Assembly: GCA_963667015.2 (NCBI GenBank)
Contig: CAXXJJ010000001.1
Coordinates: forward strand, 480,001 to 544,000
Direction: 5' to 3'
Source of the DNA: Desulfatiglandales bacterium
Lineage (GTDB): Bacteria > Desulfobacterota > DSM-4660 > Desulfatiglandales > HGW-15
DNA: 64,000 nt
The notes below the pieces were generated by a model that ran no database searches, was not told the origin of the DNA, and worked only from the letters and a program-made list of their open reading frames with translations. The position numbers were made by a program, and so were the translations under genes. Shown here in pieces: positions 22,780-32,865 of the stretch (position 1 is the stretch's first letter; every line of letters begins with the position of its first letter).

Positions 22780-23263
22780 TCCGATTTCTTTTTTAATAGT
22801 TTCAACGCAGAATTTATTTAGGCTTTCACCTCTTTTAAGAGCGTTGATTGCGATCTGTTCATGCAATTCTTTGCCGACTCTTAAATTAAATTTCCCTGAG
22901 TATTCCTTATTTGCTGTCGCTGTAGGTAATGGGGCACCGTCATTTTCATAGATCTTAATCCATTCCTCAACAGCCGCACAAAGATCCTTATATACTTTTG
23001 CCTCATCATCGCCGTGAACACCCCCTAACATTAATCCTGGAGCACGACCAATATAGCAATTATCTTCTTCAGACCATTCAACTATTTTTAAGTACTGATT
23101 GGATATTCCGGGTCTGATTTCCCCATGAGTCCGGCCATTGGCCCCAATCGATCCGGTAAAAAGTCCCAACCAATCCGGGGTAGTTCCCATCCAATTATGA
23201 GTCTCTATAATGAGTAAATGCATCAAGATTTGATGTAAATTCATTATAGAGGAGGTCACCTAA

Positions 23264-24796
23264 ATGACCAAATATCGAGAGATCCTTAGACTAAATAGTC
23301 TTGGGATCAACCAAAGCAGTACAGCCAAAGGCTGTGGATGCTCAAGAAAGACAGTACGTAAAGTGCTTAATCGAGCAAAGGAACTACAAATTGAATGGCC
23401 TTTAAAAGCTGAGACCACAGATGTTGAACTGAAGAAGCAACTATTCCGGGAAGAAACCTCCAGAGAACCATCACGTAAACACCCTGATTATGATTACTTA
23501 GCCAGGGAAATGATGCGGAACGGAGTAACCCTAAAGCTTCTGTGGAATGAGTACTGTGAGGAATGTAGACAGAGCAATGAGCTACCCCTCATGTACTCTC
23601 AGTTCTGTTTTCATTATCAGAAGTATTCTGAAAAAAAGCGTGCTACCATGCATATCCCTAGAAAACCGGGGGATCTTACAGAAGTTGACTGGGCAGGAGA
23701 TACAGCCTCTGTTATCGACAGAGATACAGGGGAGATTATCCCTGCATATATCTTTGTAGGAGTTCTTTCCTATAGCCTGTACACTTATGTAGAAGCCTTC
23801 TTCAAACAGGATATGGAAAGCTGGATAACTGCCCATGTTAACATGTATAACTTCTTTGGAGGGACAACACGTATGCTTGTTCCCGACAATCTTAAAGCAG
23901 GGGTTGAACTGAGCGACTGGTATACTCCGGTAATAAACAAAACCTACCGTGAAATGGCCGAACACTATGATACTGCAGTAATTCCCGCACGGGTTAAAAA
24001 GCCCAAAGATAAACCGAATGCTGAAGGCTCTGTAAAGGTGGTATCAGCATGGATTATCGCAGCTCTTCGTAATGAAAAGTTTTTTACTCTGGAAGAGTTG
24101 AACAGGGAAATAAGCTTTAAACTGAACGGGTATAACCGCCGTAGCTTTCAAAAGAAAGAAGGCAGCCGATACAGTTTCTTTGAGGAAGAAAAGCCATTTA
24201 TGGCACCGCTACCTGCTGCCTCCTATGAACTGGCAACCTGGAAACAGGCCACAGTCCAGTTCAATTATCATATATCTGTAGATAAGATGCAATACTCCGT
24301 GCCTTACGAATATATTAAGCAGAAGGTCGATGTGAGGCTAACAAAAAACATTGTAGAGGTGTTTTATCGCAACACCCGAATCTGTTCCCATATGCGTCTA
24401 TATGGGCGTCCTGGCCAGTACAGCAGCATCGAGGCTCATATGCCTGAAGATCATCAGAAATACCTGAAATGGGACAAAAGCCGTTTCATAGCATGGGCAG
24501 AAAAGATAGGTCCAAATACTGTTATTGCTATAAAATCCATACTCAACTCCTATAAGGTTGAACAGCAGGGTTATAAAAGCTGTATGGGGATTTTAAAGCT
24601 TGCAGATAAATACTCCCTGAATCGTCTGGAAGGTGCCTGTAAGAAGGCTTTATTTTATACTCCTCATCCGAGTTATAAGATAATTAAAAACATACTGACT
24701 ACAGGTCAGGACAAGGTTCCGGATAAAAAACAAAAAGAATCTTCAGCCCCGAATGAGCATGGCTTTACCCGCGGCGCCAAATATTACAGGAGGTAA
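23264..24796 (+). CDS. istA: IS21 transposase
   Basis: EVDWAG, VPDNLK, PKDKPNAEG DDE motifs. Confidence 0.95.
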   Translation: MTKYREILRLNSLGINQSSTAKGCGCSRKTVRKVLNRAKELQIEWPLKAETTDVELKKQLFREETSREPSRKHPDYDYLAREMMRNGVTLKLLWNEYCEECRQSNELPLMYSQFCFHYQKYSEKKRATMHIPRKPGDLTEVDWAGDTASVIDRDTGEIIPAYIFVGVLSYSLYTYVEAFFKQDMESWITAHVNMYNFFGGTTRMLVPDNLKAGVELSDWYTPVINKTYREMAEHYDTAVIPARVKKPKDKPNAEGSVKVVSAWIIAALRNEKFFTLEELNREISFKLNGYNRRSFQKKEGSRYSFFEEEKPFMAPLPAASYELATWKQATVQFNYHISVDKMQYSVPYEYIKQKVDVRLTKNIVEVFYRNTRICSHMRLYGRPGQYSSIEAHMPEDHQKYLKWDKSRFIAWAEKIGPNTVIAIKSILNSYKVEQQGYKSCMGILKLADKYSLNRLEGACKKALFYTPHPSYKIIKNILTTGQDKVPDKKQKESSAPNEHGFTRGAKYYRR

Positions 24797-24800
24797 AGCC

Positions 24801-25571
24801 ATGATAAATACAGCAACCATCAACAAGTTGATTGAAATGCGCATGTCAGCCATGGCAAACGCTTTACGTACACAGATGCAGGATAACTCAATGTATGATT
24901 TATCCTTTGAAGAGCGTATCGGAATGCTTGTGGACATTGAATACGACACTCGTAAAACCAACCGTCTGCATAGGTTGATAAGGAATGCTTCCTTTGACCA
25001 GCCTTCAGCCTCTATTGCTGATATAAATTACAGTTCAGGAAGAAAGCTCAATAAAAGTCTTATTAAACGTTTATCTACCTGTAACTACATTACTGATAGG
25101 CACAATGTTATGGTCCTTGGAGCTACCGGTGCAGGAAAGTCCTATATTGCATGTGCATTAGGTATGGAGGCATGCAAACACCACTACACTGTGAAATACA
25201 TCCGCCTCCCGGAATTGCTTGCGGAACTGGCAATAGCCAGAGGTGAAGGGTGCTTCAAGAAGGTCGTTAATCAGTATAAAAAATACAGGCTTTTAATTTT
25301 GGATGAATGGATGCTTGTTTCTTTAATCGAAACTGAGGCAAGGGATCTCCTGGAAATAATCCATGCCCGTCATAAAAATGCATCCACTATTTTTTGTTCT
25401 CAGTTTGCACCTGCTGGCTGGTATAAGAAAATAGCAGAATCAACTTTAGCTGATGCCATCCTTGACCGAATTGTTCACGACTCTTACACCATTGAAATAC
25501 AGTACATTGATAAAGATAACGACAAATCCATGAGGGAAGTTTACGGCATTAACAATAAAAAGAAAAATTAG
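24801..25571 (+). CDS. istB: IS21 helper ATPase
   Basis: GATGAGKS, LLILDEW, ADAILDRIVH; start MINTAT after a GGAGG RBS. Confidence 0.95.
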   Translation: MINTATINKLIEMRMSAMANALRTQMQDNSMYDLSFEERIGMLVDIEYDTRKTNRLHRLIRNASFDQPSASIADINYSSGRKLNKSLIKRLSTCNYITDRHNVMVLGATGAGKSYIACALGMEACKHHYTVKYIRLPELLAELAIARGEGCFKKVVNQYKKYRLLILDEWMLVSLIETEARDLLEIIHARHKNASTIFCSQFAPAGWYKKIAESTLADAILDRIVHDSYTIEIQYIDKDNDKSMREVYGINNKKKN

Positions 25572-25692
25572 AAAAAACCTTTAAACTGGTTCCTCTCCGG
25601 AACCAATGGGACATCCTGTCCGGATTCGTTGGGACCAACTATCCGGACAGGGTGGATTTTTTAACCGGTATATCCATACTGATCACTCTTTT

Positions 25693-25868
25693 TCATTTTT
25701 TAACCCTTTCCAATGCCTTTTTTACATCCTTTTCTTGGTATGGTTTTGCATCGCTATTAAGTTTGCCACTTACTGTGATATTAATACCTTCAGGATGTTT
25801 ATAATTCCGATGACTGCCTTTTCCTCCTCTGTTTATGAATCCGGCAGTTTCTAATCTTTAATTAGTTT
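25693..25868 (-). pseudogene. hicA: HicA toxin remnant (5' end lost, frameshifted)
   Basis: LETAGFINRGGKGSHRNYKHPEG...AKPYQEKDV...*, ATGA overlap with hicB; in-frame TAA upstream and LIKD lies in another frame. Confidence 0.8.
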
Positions 25869-25904
25869 CCATCCATAAACGGCTCTTTTTCACAATCTCT
25901 GCGT

Positions 25905-26008
25905 CAATCTGCGGAATGACTTTGAAGATTATTATATAGAAAAACTTCGCGAACCTTTGAAGTACGATTTGGCAAGATGATAGCCAGTCGCACTTAATTG
26001 TGTTATTT
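25905..26008 (-). repeat. attC remnant
   Basis: GGCAAGATGATAGCCAGTCGCACTTAATTGTG matches the right arm of the 44413 site; left arm missing. Confidence 0.6.
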
Positions 26009-26425
26009 GTTGTTTTTGTCCAAATATTTATTAAAAAGTTTAAAAATTCTCGGTTGCTCATCAAATGTTGCAAAATTAGCGCTGGTATTAATAATGCGTA
26101 CACACTTGCCTTCTAACTCACTAAATGTGTAATCCTTTTCGTCCAGTATAATTAGGCCCATTTTTCTTTTTATTGCTGATATCCTACTTGAATAGCATTC
26201 TTCACTCAGACTGTAATAGTAATAGTGGTCTTCTAAACTAGGTGCTTGTTTTATGCTCTTAATGACTTGAGTTTTATTCACTTTATTATCTGTTTTTTCT
26301 TCCTGATAACTTTGAGTTTGATAACCCCATTTTTCGATTTCTTTCTCTTCGACAAGCTGAGCATTGCCCGCAAAAATCGAGTACGAAGCCAAGAAAATGA
26401 ATAATGTAGATATTATATATTTCAT
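26003..26425 (-). CDS. Cassette secreted hypothetical protein
   Basis: Signal peptide, bounded by attC. Confidence 0.7.
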   Translation of the reverse strand: MKYIISTLFIFLASYSIFAGNAQLVEEKEIEKWGYQTQSYQEEKTDNKVNKTQVIKSIKQAPSLEDHYYYYSLSEECYSSRISAIKRKMGLIILDEKDYTFSELEGKCVRIINTSANFATFDEQPRIFKLFNKYLDKNNK

Positions 26426-26431
26426 ATTACA

Positions 26432-26564
26432 ATGTAACGAAAAGCATTACAGGCCGTGCGGTGCAAACCAACTTACCATGTTAAATGCTTGAATGTTTAT
26501 AGTTGGCAGACAGTTTAAAAAAGGCGATAAAATAGCACGGTCGTAGTAGATGCAATTGTTATGA
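26432..26564 (-). repeat. attC site
   Basis: ATGTAAC..GCATTAC...GTAGATGC..GTTATGA. Confidence 0.85.
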
Positions 26565-26567
26565 AAA

Positions 26568-26783
26568 TTATAATTCATTTAAGAATAGACACATAATGAA
26601 CAGTATTGGCGGTGTAATAAATACTGCCGCATTACTGAACGCACCATATTTGAACAACTTATTTTTATCAATTTCCGATTTATCGCGCCTAAGCCATAGA
26701 TATATTAATGGAAACAAAAGCCAAGTAATTACAGGTGCCATCAAAGCCAACCAGTTTTCATTAAAATGAAAATAGAATCCCAT
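26568..26783 (-). pseudogene. Cassette membrane protein, probably 5'-damaged
   Basis: Hydrophobic frame extends upstream to stops; the cassette's 5' core is missing. Confidence 0.45.
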
Positions 26784-26884
26784 ATGAACATTATTACTCT
26801 TAAATAAAGAAGTAGATATTATAAAACCAATTACAATGAGGACGTATAGCGCTATTATTGTAGATCCGATAGCCGATACCCGAC

Positions 26885-26941
26885 AAGTTCACAGGCCGGG
26901 CGGCGTTTTATCGCCCGGTCATGTGAAACGCAAGGTTCTGC
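26885..26941 (-). repeat. attC (short type, one core missing)
   Basis: GTTCACAGGCCGGGC...GCCCGGTCATGTGAAAC..GTTCTGC. Confidence 0.7.
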
Positions 26942-26950
26942 ATGATTTAC

Positions 26951-27205
26951 TTAATGTTGTGAGATTAGGGAACGAAGTGCTTTATTTACCGATTCAGAAT
27001 TAGGAAAGTGAAGTTTCAAATCAGGATCAAGCATAACAGCTCCATCCTCTTCTTTAAAATACTGAATCGATTGTGTTCCATCGTCTTTGTTCACAATGAC
27101 TGTATGTCCTTCGCGATAAGACTTATAGTGCTTTCCCCTAACGCCTTTTGAAAAATCATACTCATCACGCATGGTTTTTTTATCTTCTTTATTATTCTTT
27201 TTCAT
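26951..27205 (-). CDS. BrnA-like antitoxin
   Basis: MRDEYDFSKGVRGKHY...LDPDL..FPNSESVNKALRSL, overlaps the toxin 3' end. Confidence 0.8.
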   Translation of the reverse strand: MKKNNKEDKKTMRDEYDFSKGVRGKHYKSYREGHTVIVNKDDGTQSIQYFKEEDGAVMLDPDLKLHFPNSESVNKALRSLISQH

Positions 27206-27470
27206 ATTGCTCTCTCTCGAACCGGTTTGCTTTTCGGCATCCAATAATTCTTATATTGTCATTTCGTTCAGTATACCACACAATCAAAATCCGTCCCTTT
27301 GACGAGATGCCGATATCAATATACTGTTCTTCTAAATCTGAATGATCCGGATCATCAATTGTAATAGCAAAGGGATCGTTAAAAATTGTTTTACCTTCTC
27401 TAAAATCAATCCCATGCTTTTTTAGGTTAAGTTTGGATTTATTCTCATCCCATTCAAATTTTAATGACAT
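27192..27470 (-). CDS. BrnT family toxin
   Basis: FEWDENKSKLNLKKHGIDF...RIIGCRKANRFE. Confidence 0.9.
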   Translation of the reverse strand: MSLKFEWDENKSKLNLKKHGIDFREGKTIFNDPFAITIDDPDHSDLEEQYIDIGISSKGRILIVWYTERNDNIRIIGCRKANRFEREQYEKE

Positions 27471-27529
27471 TTATTATATCCTATTAACATTTTACCTTCA
27501 ACTACCTTATTTTTAGACAAATTTCAAAT

Positions 27530-27660
27530 CCAGAACGCCAGGTATTACAAGCCGGGCGGATTAATATGAAAAATGTTTGCCAATGTAAATAATGATTTAA
27601 TTGTGCGAAGATCGATCTGGCAAGATGGTAGCCCGGTCTTAGTAGATACCCTTGTTGGGA
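27530..27660 (-). repeat. attC site
   Basis: CCAGAAC..GGTATTAC...GTAGATACC..GTTGGGA. Confidence 0.85.
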
Positions 27661-27662
27661 GC

Positions 27663-27908
27663 CTAATACTCCTCCTCATCATCATATTCATCCTTTTCAT
27701 CATCAGTAATATATTCCCACATTTCATTTTCATGCAAACCGATTGGACTAGCGTTTCTTCTTATAAATTCATCAATAGGTATACCATCAATTGTCGATCG
27801 TTTTACTCTCTTCTGTTTTCCATTTCTGAATATTGTTTCATATTCTTTTTTCCGGCGCTTCTTCTCAGCTTTTTCAGCGTCAGTAAGTTTTCGTTTACGT
27901 TTTGCCAT
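27663..27908 (-). CDS. Cassette small hypothetical protein (basic N-terminus, acidic tail)
   Basis: ORF fills the cassette. Confidence 0.75.
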   Translation of the reverse strand: MAKRKRKLTDAEKAEKKRRKKEYETIFRNGKQKRVKRSTIDGIPIDEFIRRNASPIGLHENEMWEYITDDEKDEYDDEEEY

Positions 27909-27928
27909 TATGTTTATTCTCTATTCAC

Positions 27929-27993
27929 TCCCAACGCCGATGCTTACCGGCTGGCGGGTTTTTTCGCCAGTCGGGTAGAGCATTTTGTTGTGG
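27929..27993 (-). repeat. attC site (65 bp)
   Basis: TCCCAAC..ATGCTTACC..CTGGCG/CGCCAG..GGTAGAGCAT..GTTGTGG. Confidence 0.85.
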
Positions 27994-28004
27994 ATTTTTA
28001 TTGT

Positions 28005-28610
28005 TTAAACTTCCCTAAGTAAAAGTTTTATTTTGCCTGTTACTATTTTTTGTAATGTCTTTGGAAAAAGGATGTGTTCTTGCTTTAAAACTCTTGCTGC
28101 CAGCGTTTCTGCTGTATCCGCCGTTTCGACAGGTACACGAGACTGAGCAATAACAGGACCAGTATCGTAGTTACCATCAACAATATGAATAGATACACCA
28201 CTTTCTTTTTCCCCTGATGCAATTACTGCTTCATGAACATTCATTCCATACATTCCTTTGCCACCATGTTTTGGTAGCAATCCAGGATGGATATTTAATA
28301 TTTTCCCTTTGTAATGCTCTAATGTTTTTGACCCAAGTTTTTTCATGTAACCGGCCAGAACGATTATATCCACTGAGTGTTTGATCATTGTATTTAATAT
28401 GTTGCGGTCTAATTCAATTGGATCAGGATAATGTTTTCCACTTAGATGATAATTAGGGATCCCTTCCTTTATTGCACGTTCTATAGCTCCTGACTTACTA
28501 TTATTGCTGATCACTACAACTGGAGATGCGTTCAAAGAACCAGAGCTACAGGCATCAATTATTGCCTGCATATTACTCCCATTATGTGATGCTAGAAATC
28601 CTATATTCAT
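28005..28610 (-). CDS. purN: Phosphoribosylglycinamide formyltransferase (cassette-borne)
   Basis: FLASHNGSNMQA, LAGYM, ILNIHPGLLP, YDTGPVIAQ, VLKQEH. Confidence 0.85.
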   Translation of the reverse strand: MNIGFLASHNGSNMQAIIDACSSGSLNASPVVVISNNSKSGAIERAIKEGIPNYHLSGKHYPDPIELDRNILNTMIKHSVDIIVLAGYMKKLGSKTLEHYKGKILNIHPGLLPKHGGKGMYGMNVHEAVIASGEKESGVSIHIVDGNYDTGPVIAQSRVPVETADTAETLAARVLKQEHILFPKTLQKIVTGKIKLLLREV

Positions 28611-28624
28611 TTTATTATTCCGAT

Positions 28625-28756
28625 CCACAACGTGGTGCATTACAAGCCGGGCGGTGCAAACCAATTTACCTTGTTAAAGACTCGAAGGTTAGTCGTTTGC
28701 AGAGATTAAAAAAAGCGTAAAAAATAGCCCGGTCTTAGTAAATGCAATGGTTCTGT
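28625..28756 (-). repeat. attC site
   Basis: CCACAAC...GTTCTGT. Confidence 0.85.
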
Positions 28757-28762
28757 GATTCC

Positions 28763-28957
28763 CTATTTCTTGGGGCGTTTAAAAATAATTACTATATCAC
28801 GAGTTTCGCCATAGCTTTTGTTTGTATCAAAACCAGTAATTAATTCCCATCCTTCAGAGCCAAGCTGATTCATACTTTCATTGAGTGTAGCTTCATCAAA
28901 CTTTCCACCTAGAAAGCCTTTTGCTGGGAGTTTAATTGTTCTATATTCCCACTGCAT
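28763..28957 (-). CDS. DUF4177-like small protein
   Basis: WEY...LNESMNQLGSEGWEL...FKRP. Confidence 0.8.
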   Translation of the reverse strand: MQWEYRTIKLPAKGFLGGKFDEATLNESMNQLGSEGWELITGFDTNKSYGETRDIVIIFKRPKK

Positions 28958-28979
28958 ATCTAGTCTCCTTATTATTTAC

Positions 28980-29106
28980 ACAGAACGTTGGCGGTAAGGG
29001 CGGTGCAAACTAACGCGCTTCATTGATTGCTCGAAATTTTGCTAATTGCCAGGGCATTAAAAAAGGCGAAAAAATAGCCCGGTCGCTCTTGACTGCGTTG
29101 TTCGGC
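28980..29106 (-). repeat. attC site
   Basis: ACAGAAC...GTTCGGC. Confidence 0.75.
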
Positions 29107-29346
29107 TTAAACATAAAGCATACTTTGAATAACAATGCTCACAAATTGATAAATAGTGTAATTACAATAAAAATTATGTTTAGCCAATGTTAACTAAAAA
29201 TATCCGCAGCTAGTTTTAAACCAAAAAAAATACCAATACAAAATGAAAATATTATTAATATTCCAAAGAATAATGCATTACGAGAAATATTAAATTTACC
29301 ATTTTTACAGCTCCCCTGATTCATAGTAATTCTCCTTTGTTTATTA

Positions 29347-29476
29347 GCCGAACGGCCCGATAACCTGCCGGGCGGCTTAGTATTATGATATTTGCCAACC
29401 CCAATTGTTACAATGTTGAACTCAACTTCGGTCTGGCAAGAGAGTAGCCCGGTCTGCGTTTATTGGTTTGTTGGGC
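29347..29476 (-). repeat. attC site
   Basis: GCCGAAC...GTTGGGC. Confidence 0.85.
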
Positions 29477-29477
29477 A

Positions 29478-30380
29478 TTAACGACAATAACCATGACGTT
29501 TGTCGAATTCCAACCCGTTTTGAATATCGAAATCTCCATGAAGATAGTATTGTTGCGATTTACCTTCGCCCTTAGATACGAGTTTGCAACCAAGACGTTC
29601 AACCATCGGACTGATATACCCATGATCTTCTAGCCATTCCTTGTAACCTTGAATAGATGGACCACCAATATTGATTACAAACTCCATTCCATAGAGGCAG
29701 AACACGAATAACGTTTCATGGTGTTTTGAAGTAAAAAGAGAGCACCCAAACCCTACCTGAACCCACGCGTTTGTGCCAGGATGTTTCATCAATGTCTTTT
29801 CTGGATAAATACGACGCTGGTAGTATGGCCATTCTGAAAAGTTGTTTCCGTAACGCGCGTAGTTGCGGATATTGTCAAAGAAGATCTCATCTACGACTTC
29901 TTCTGATCCGCTTTCGTTTTGCTCAAATACTTCTGCAATAGTTTCAAGCGCCATCTTGCAAAGAAATCGAGACATCTCCCGTTTTGGTGGGTCCATTTCA
30001 ATTAAGAAAAGAAAACCATTTGGGAGGCCGGCATCAAGTTCGGCTTTCACGTTTTCTGTATTGCGTAGGCATTCTGGCTCAATTTTTAGTTTCCCATCAG
30101 AATTACGACGAAAGCCGACCGAAATATCAGTTCCGCCTATGTGACCCAGAAGGGATGGGATTTTCCCGCGTTTACTTGGGACTTGATGCCATGCTCTGAG
30201 ATTCCTCATTGATGGATGACTAAGCAATGGTTCCTCGACTTTTCGTGCAAAGTAGTTATTGCATTTGTCACATACGACACAGCGAGGCAGTATTCTCTTC
30301 TTGCTGCCTATGGACTCAGGTATGATATGTTCCAAACTCTGAGAAGACGAAGAGTCTTGCTTACAGAAAATACAGCGCAT
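29478..30380 (-). CDS. HNH endonuclease domain protein (cassette)
   Basis: CIFC...EHIIPESIG...VCDKCNN. Confidence 0.85.
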   Translation of the reverse strand: MRCIFCKQDSSSSQSLEHIIPESIGSKKRILPRCVVCDKCNNYFARKVEEPLLSHPSMRNLRAWHQVPSKRGKIPSLLGHIGGTDISVGFRRNSDGKLKIEPECLRNTENVKAELDAGLPNGFLFLIEMDPPKREMSRFLCKMALETIAEVFEQNESGSEEVVDEIFFDNIRNYARYGNNFSEWPYYQRRIYPEKTLMKHPGTNAWVQVGFGCSLFTSKHHETLFVFCLYGMEFVINIGGPSIQGYKEWLEDHGYISPMVERLGCKLVSKGEGKSQQYYLHGDFDIQNGLEFDKRHGYCR

Positions 30381-30557
30381 GACTAAACTCCAATGTCTCA
30401 ACTATTGCCCAACGGCCAGCTCACAAGCCACGCCGAGATGCTCAGCAAAAATTGGATATACCGGTTAAAAAATCCACCCTGTCCGGATAGTTGGTCCCAA
30501 CGAATCCGGACAGGATGTCCCATTGGTTCCGGAGAGGAACCAGTTTAAAGGTTTTTT

Positions 30558-31328
30558 CTAATTTTTCTTTTTATTGTTAATGCCGTAAACTTCCCTCATG
30601 GATTTGTCGTTATCTTTATCAATGTACTGTATTTCAATGGTGTAAGAGTCGTGAACAATTCGGTCAAGGATGGCATCAGCTAAAGTTGATTCTGCTATTT
30701 TCTTATACCAGCCAGCAGGTGCAAACTGAGAACAAAAAATAGTGGATGCATTTTTATGACGGGCATGGATTATTTCCAGGAGATCCCTTGCCTCAGTTTC
30801 GATTAAAGAAACAAGCATCCATTCATCCAAAATTAAAAGCCTGTATTTTTTATACTGATTAACAACCTTCTTGAAGCACCCTTCACCTCTGGCTATTGCC
30901 AGTTCCGCAAGCAATTCCGGGAGGCGGATGTATTTCACAGTGTAGTGGTGTTTGCATGCCTCCATACCTAATGCACATGCAATATAGGACTTTCCTGCAC
31001 CGGTAGCTCCAAGGACCATAACATTGTGCCTATCAGTAATGTAGTTACAGGTAGATAAACGTTTAATAAGACTTTTATTGAGCTTTCTTCCTGAACTGTA
31101 ATTTATATCAGCAATAGAGGCTGAAGGCTGGTCAAAGGAAGCATTCCTTATCAACCTATGCAGACGGTTGGTTTTACGAGTGTCGTATTCAATGTCCACA
31201 AGCATTCCGATACGCTCTTCAAAGGATAAATCATACATTGAGTTATCCTGCATCTGTGTACGTAAAGCGTTTGCCATGGCTGACATGCGCATTTCAATCA
31301 ACTTGTTGATGGTTGCTGTATTTATCAT
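30558..31328 (-). CDS. istB: IS21 helper ATPase
   Basis: Protein identical to copy 1. Confidence 0.95.
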   Translation of the reverse strand: MINTATINKLIEMRMSAMANALRTQMQDNSMYDLSFEERIGMLVDIEYDTRKTNRLHRLIRNASFDQPSASIADINYSSGRKLNKSLIKRLSTCNYITDRHNVMVLGATGAGKSYIACALGMEACKHHYTVKYIRLPELLAELAIARGEGCFKKVVNQYKKYRLLILDEWMLVSLIETEARDLLEIIHARHKNASTIFCSQFAPAGWYKKIAESTLADAILDRIVHDSYTIEIQYIDKDNDKSMREVYGINNKKKN

Positions 31329-31332
31329 GGCT

Positions 31333-32865
31333 TTACCTCCTGTAATATTTGGCGCCGCGGGTAAAGCCATGCTCATTCGGGGCTGAAGATTCTTTTTGTT
31401 TTTTATCCGGAACCTTGTCCTGACCTGTAGTCAGTATGTTTTTAATTATCTTATAACTCGGATGAGGAGTATAAAATAAAGCCTTCTTACAGGCACCTTC
31501 CAGACGATTCAGGGAGTATTTATCTGCAAGCTTTAAAATCCCCATACAGCTTTTATAACCCTGCTGTTCAACCTTATAGGAGTTGAGTATGGATTTTATA
31601 GCAATAACAGTATTTGGACCTATCTTTTCTGCCCATGCTATGAAACGGCTTTTGTCCCATTTCAGGTATTTCTGATGATCTTCAGGCATATGAGCCTCGA
31701 TGCTGCTGTACTGGCCAGGACGCCCATATAGACGCATATGGGAACAGATTCGGGTGTTGCGATAAAACACCTCTACAATGTTTTTTGTTAGCCTCACATC
31801 GACCTTCTGCTTAATATATTCGTAAGGCACGGAGTATTGCATCTTATCTACAGATATATGATAATTGAACTGGACTGTGGCCTGTTTCCAGGTTGCCAGT
31901 TCATAGGAGGCAGCAGGTAGCGGTGCCATAAATGGCTTTTCTTCCTCAAAGAAACTGTATCGGCTGCCTTCTTTCTTTTGAAAGCTACGGCGGTTATACC
32001 CGTTCAGTTTAAAGCTTATTTCCCTGTTCAACTCTTCCAGAGTAAAAAACTTTTCATTACGAAGAGCTGCGATAATCCATGCTGATACCACCTTTACAGA
32101 GCCTTCAGCATTCGGTTTATCTTTGGGCTTTTTAACCCGTGCGGGAATTACTGCAGTATCATAGTGTTCGGCCATTTCACGGTAGGTTTTGTTTATTACC
32201 GGAGTATACCAGTCGCTCCGTTCAACCCCTGCTTTAAGATTGTCGGGAACAAGCATACGTGTTGTCCCTCCAAAGAAGTTATACATGTTAACATGGGCAG
32301 TTATCCAGCTTTCCATATCCTGTTTGAAGAAGGCTTCTACATAAGTGTACAGGCTATAGGAAAGAACTCCTACAAAGATATATGCAGGGATAATCTCCCC
32401 TGTATCTCTGTCGATAACAGAGGCTGTATCTCCTGCCCAGTCAACTTCTGTAAGATCCCCCGGTTTTCTAGGGATATGCATGGTAGCACGCTTTTTTTCA
32501 GAATACTTCTGATAATGAAAACAGAACTGAGAGTACATGAGGGGTAGCTCATTGCTCTGTCTACATTCCTCACAGTACTCATTCCACAGAAGCTTTAGGG
32601 TTACTCCGTTCCGCATCATTTCCCTGGCTAAGTAATCATAATCAGGGTGTTTACGTGATGGTTCTCTGGAGGTTTCTTCCCGGAATAGTTGCTTCTTCAG
32701 TTCAACATCTGTGGTCTCAGCTTTTAAAGGCCATTCAATTTGTAGTTCCTTTGCTCGATTAAGCACTTTACGTACTGTCTTTCTTGAGCATCCACAGCCT
32801 TTGGCTGTACTGCTTTGGTTGATCCCAAGACTATTTAGTCTAAGGATCTCTCGATATTTGGTCAT
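31333..32865 (-). CDS. istA: IS21 transposase
   Basis: Identical to copy 1 except GVERSDW versus GVELSDW. Confidence 0.95.
   Translation of the reverse strand: MTKYREILRLNSLGINQSSTAKGCGCSRKTVRKVLNRAKELQIEWPLKAETTDVELKKQLFREETSREPSRKHPDYDYLAREMMRNGVTLKLLWNEYCEECRQSNELPLMYSQFCFHYQKYSEKKRATMHIPRKPGDLTEVDWAGDTASVIDRDTGEIIPAYIFVGVLSYSLYTYVEAFFKQDMESWITAHVNMYNFFGGTTRMLVPDNLKAGVERSDWYTPVINKTYREMAEHYDTAVIPARVKKPKDKPNAEGSVKVVSAWIIAALRNEKFFTLEELNREISFKLNGYNRRSFQKKEGSRYSFFEEEKPFMAPLPAASYELATWKQATVQFNYHISVDKMQYSVPYEYIKQKVDVRLTKNIVEVFYRNTRICSHMRLYGRPGQYSSIEAHMPEDHQKYLKWDKSRFIAWAEKIGPNTVIAIKSILNSYKVEQQGYKSCMGILKLADKYSLNRLEGACKKALFYTPHPSYKIIKNILTTGQDKVPDKKQKESSAPNEHGFTRGAKYYRR

Larger units (their letters stand above)
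23100..25676 (+). mobile_element. IS21-family element, copy 1 (2577 bp)
   Basis: TGGATAT...ATATCCA ends, 7-bp direct repeat TACTGAT (23093-23099, 25677-25683), istA plus istB. Confidence 0.95.
22774..25696 (-). pseudogene. hicB: HicB antitoxin interrupted by IS21 in codon 5-7
   Basis: MKKSDQY at 25696-25677 joins YLKIVEWSEEDNCYIG...YSGKFNLRV...LH...SLN at 23099-22774. Confidence 0.88.

Noticed and set aside
25868..25905. IS-end remnant at the hicA 5' break
   Set aside because: Too short and no partner end in the window
25677..30452. Segment already inverted between the IS21 copies
   Set aside because: Each IS keeps matching direct repeats and the cassettes remain co-oriented
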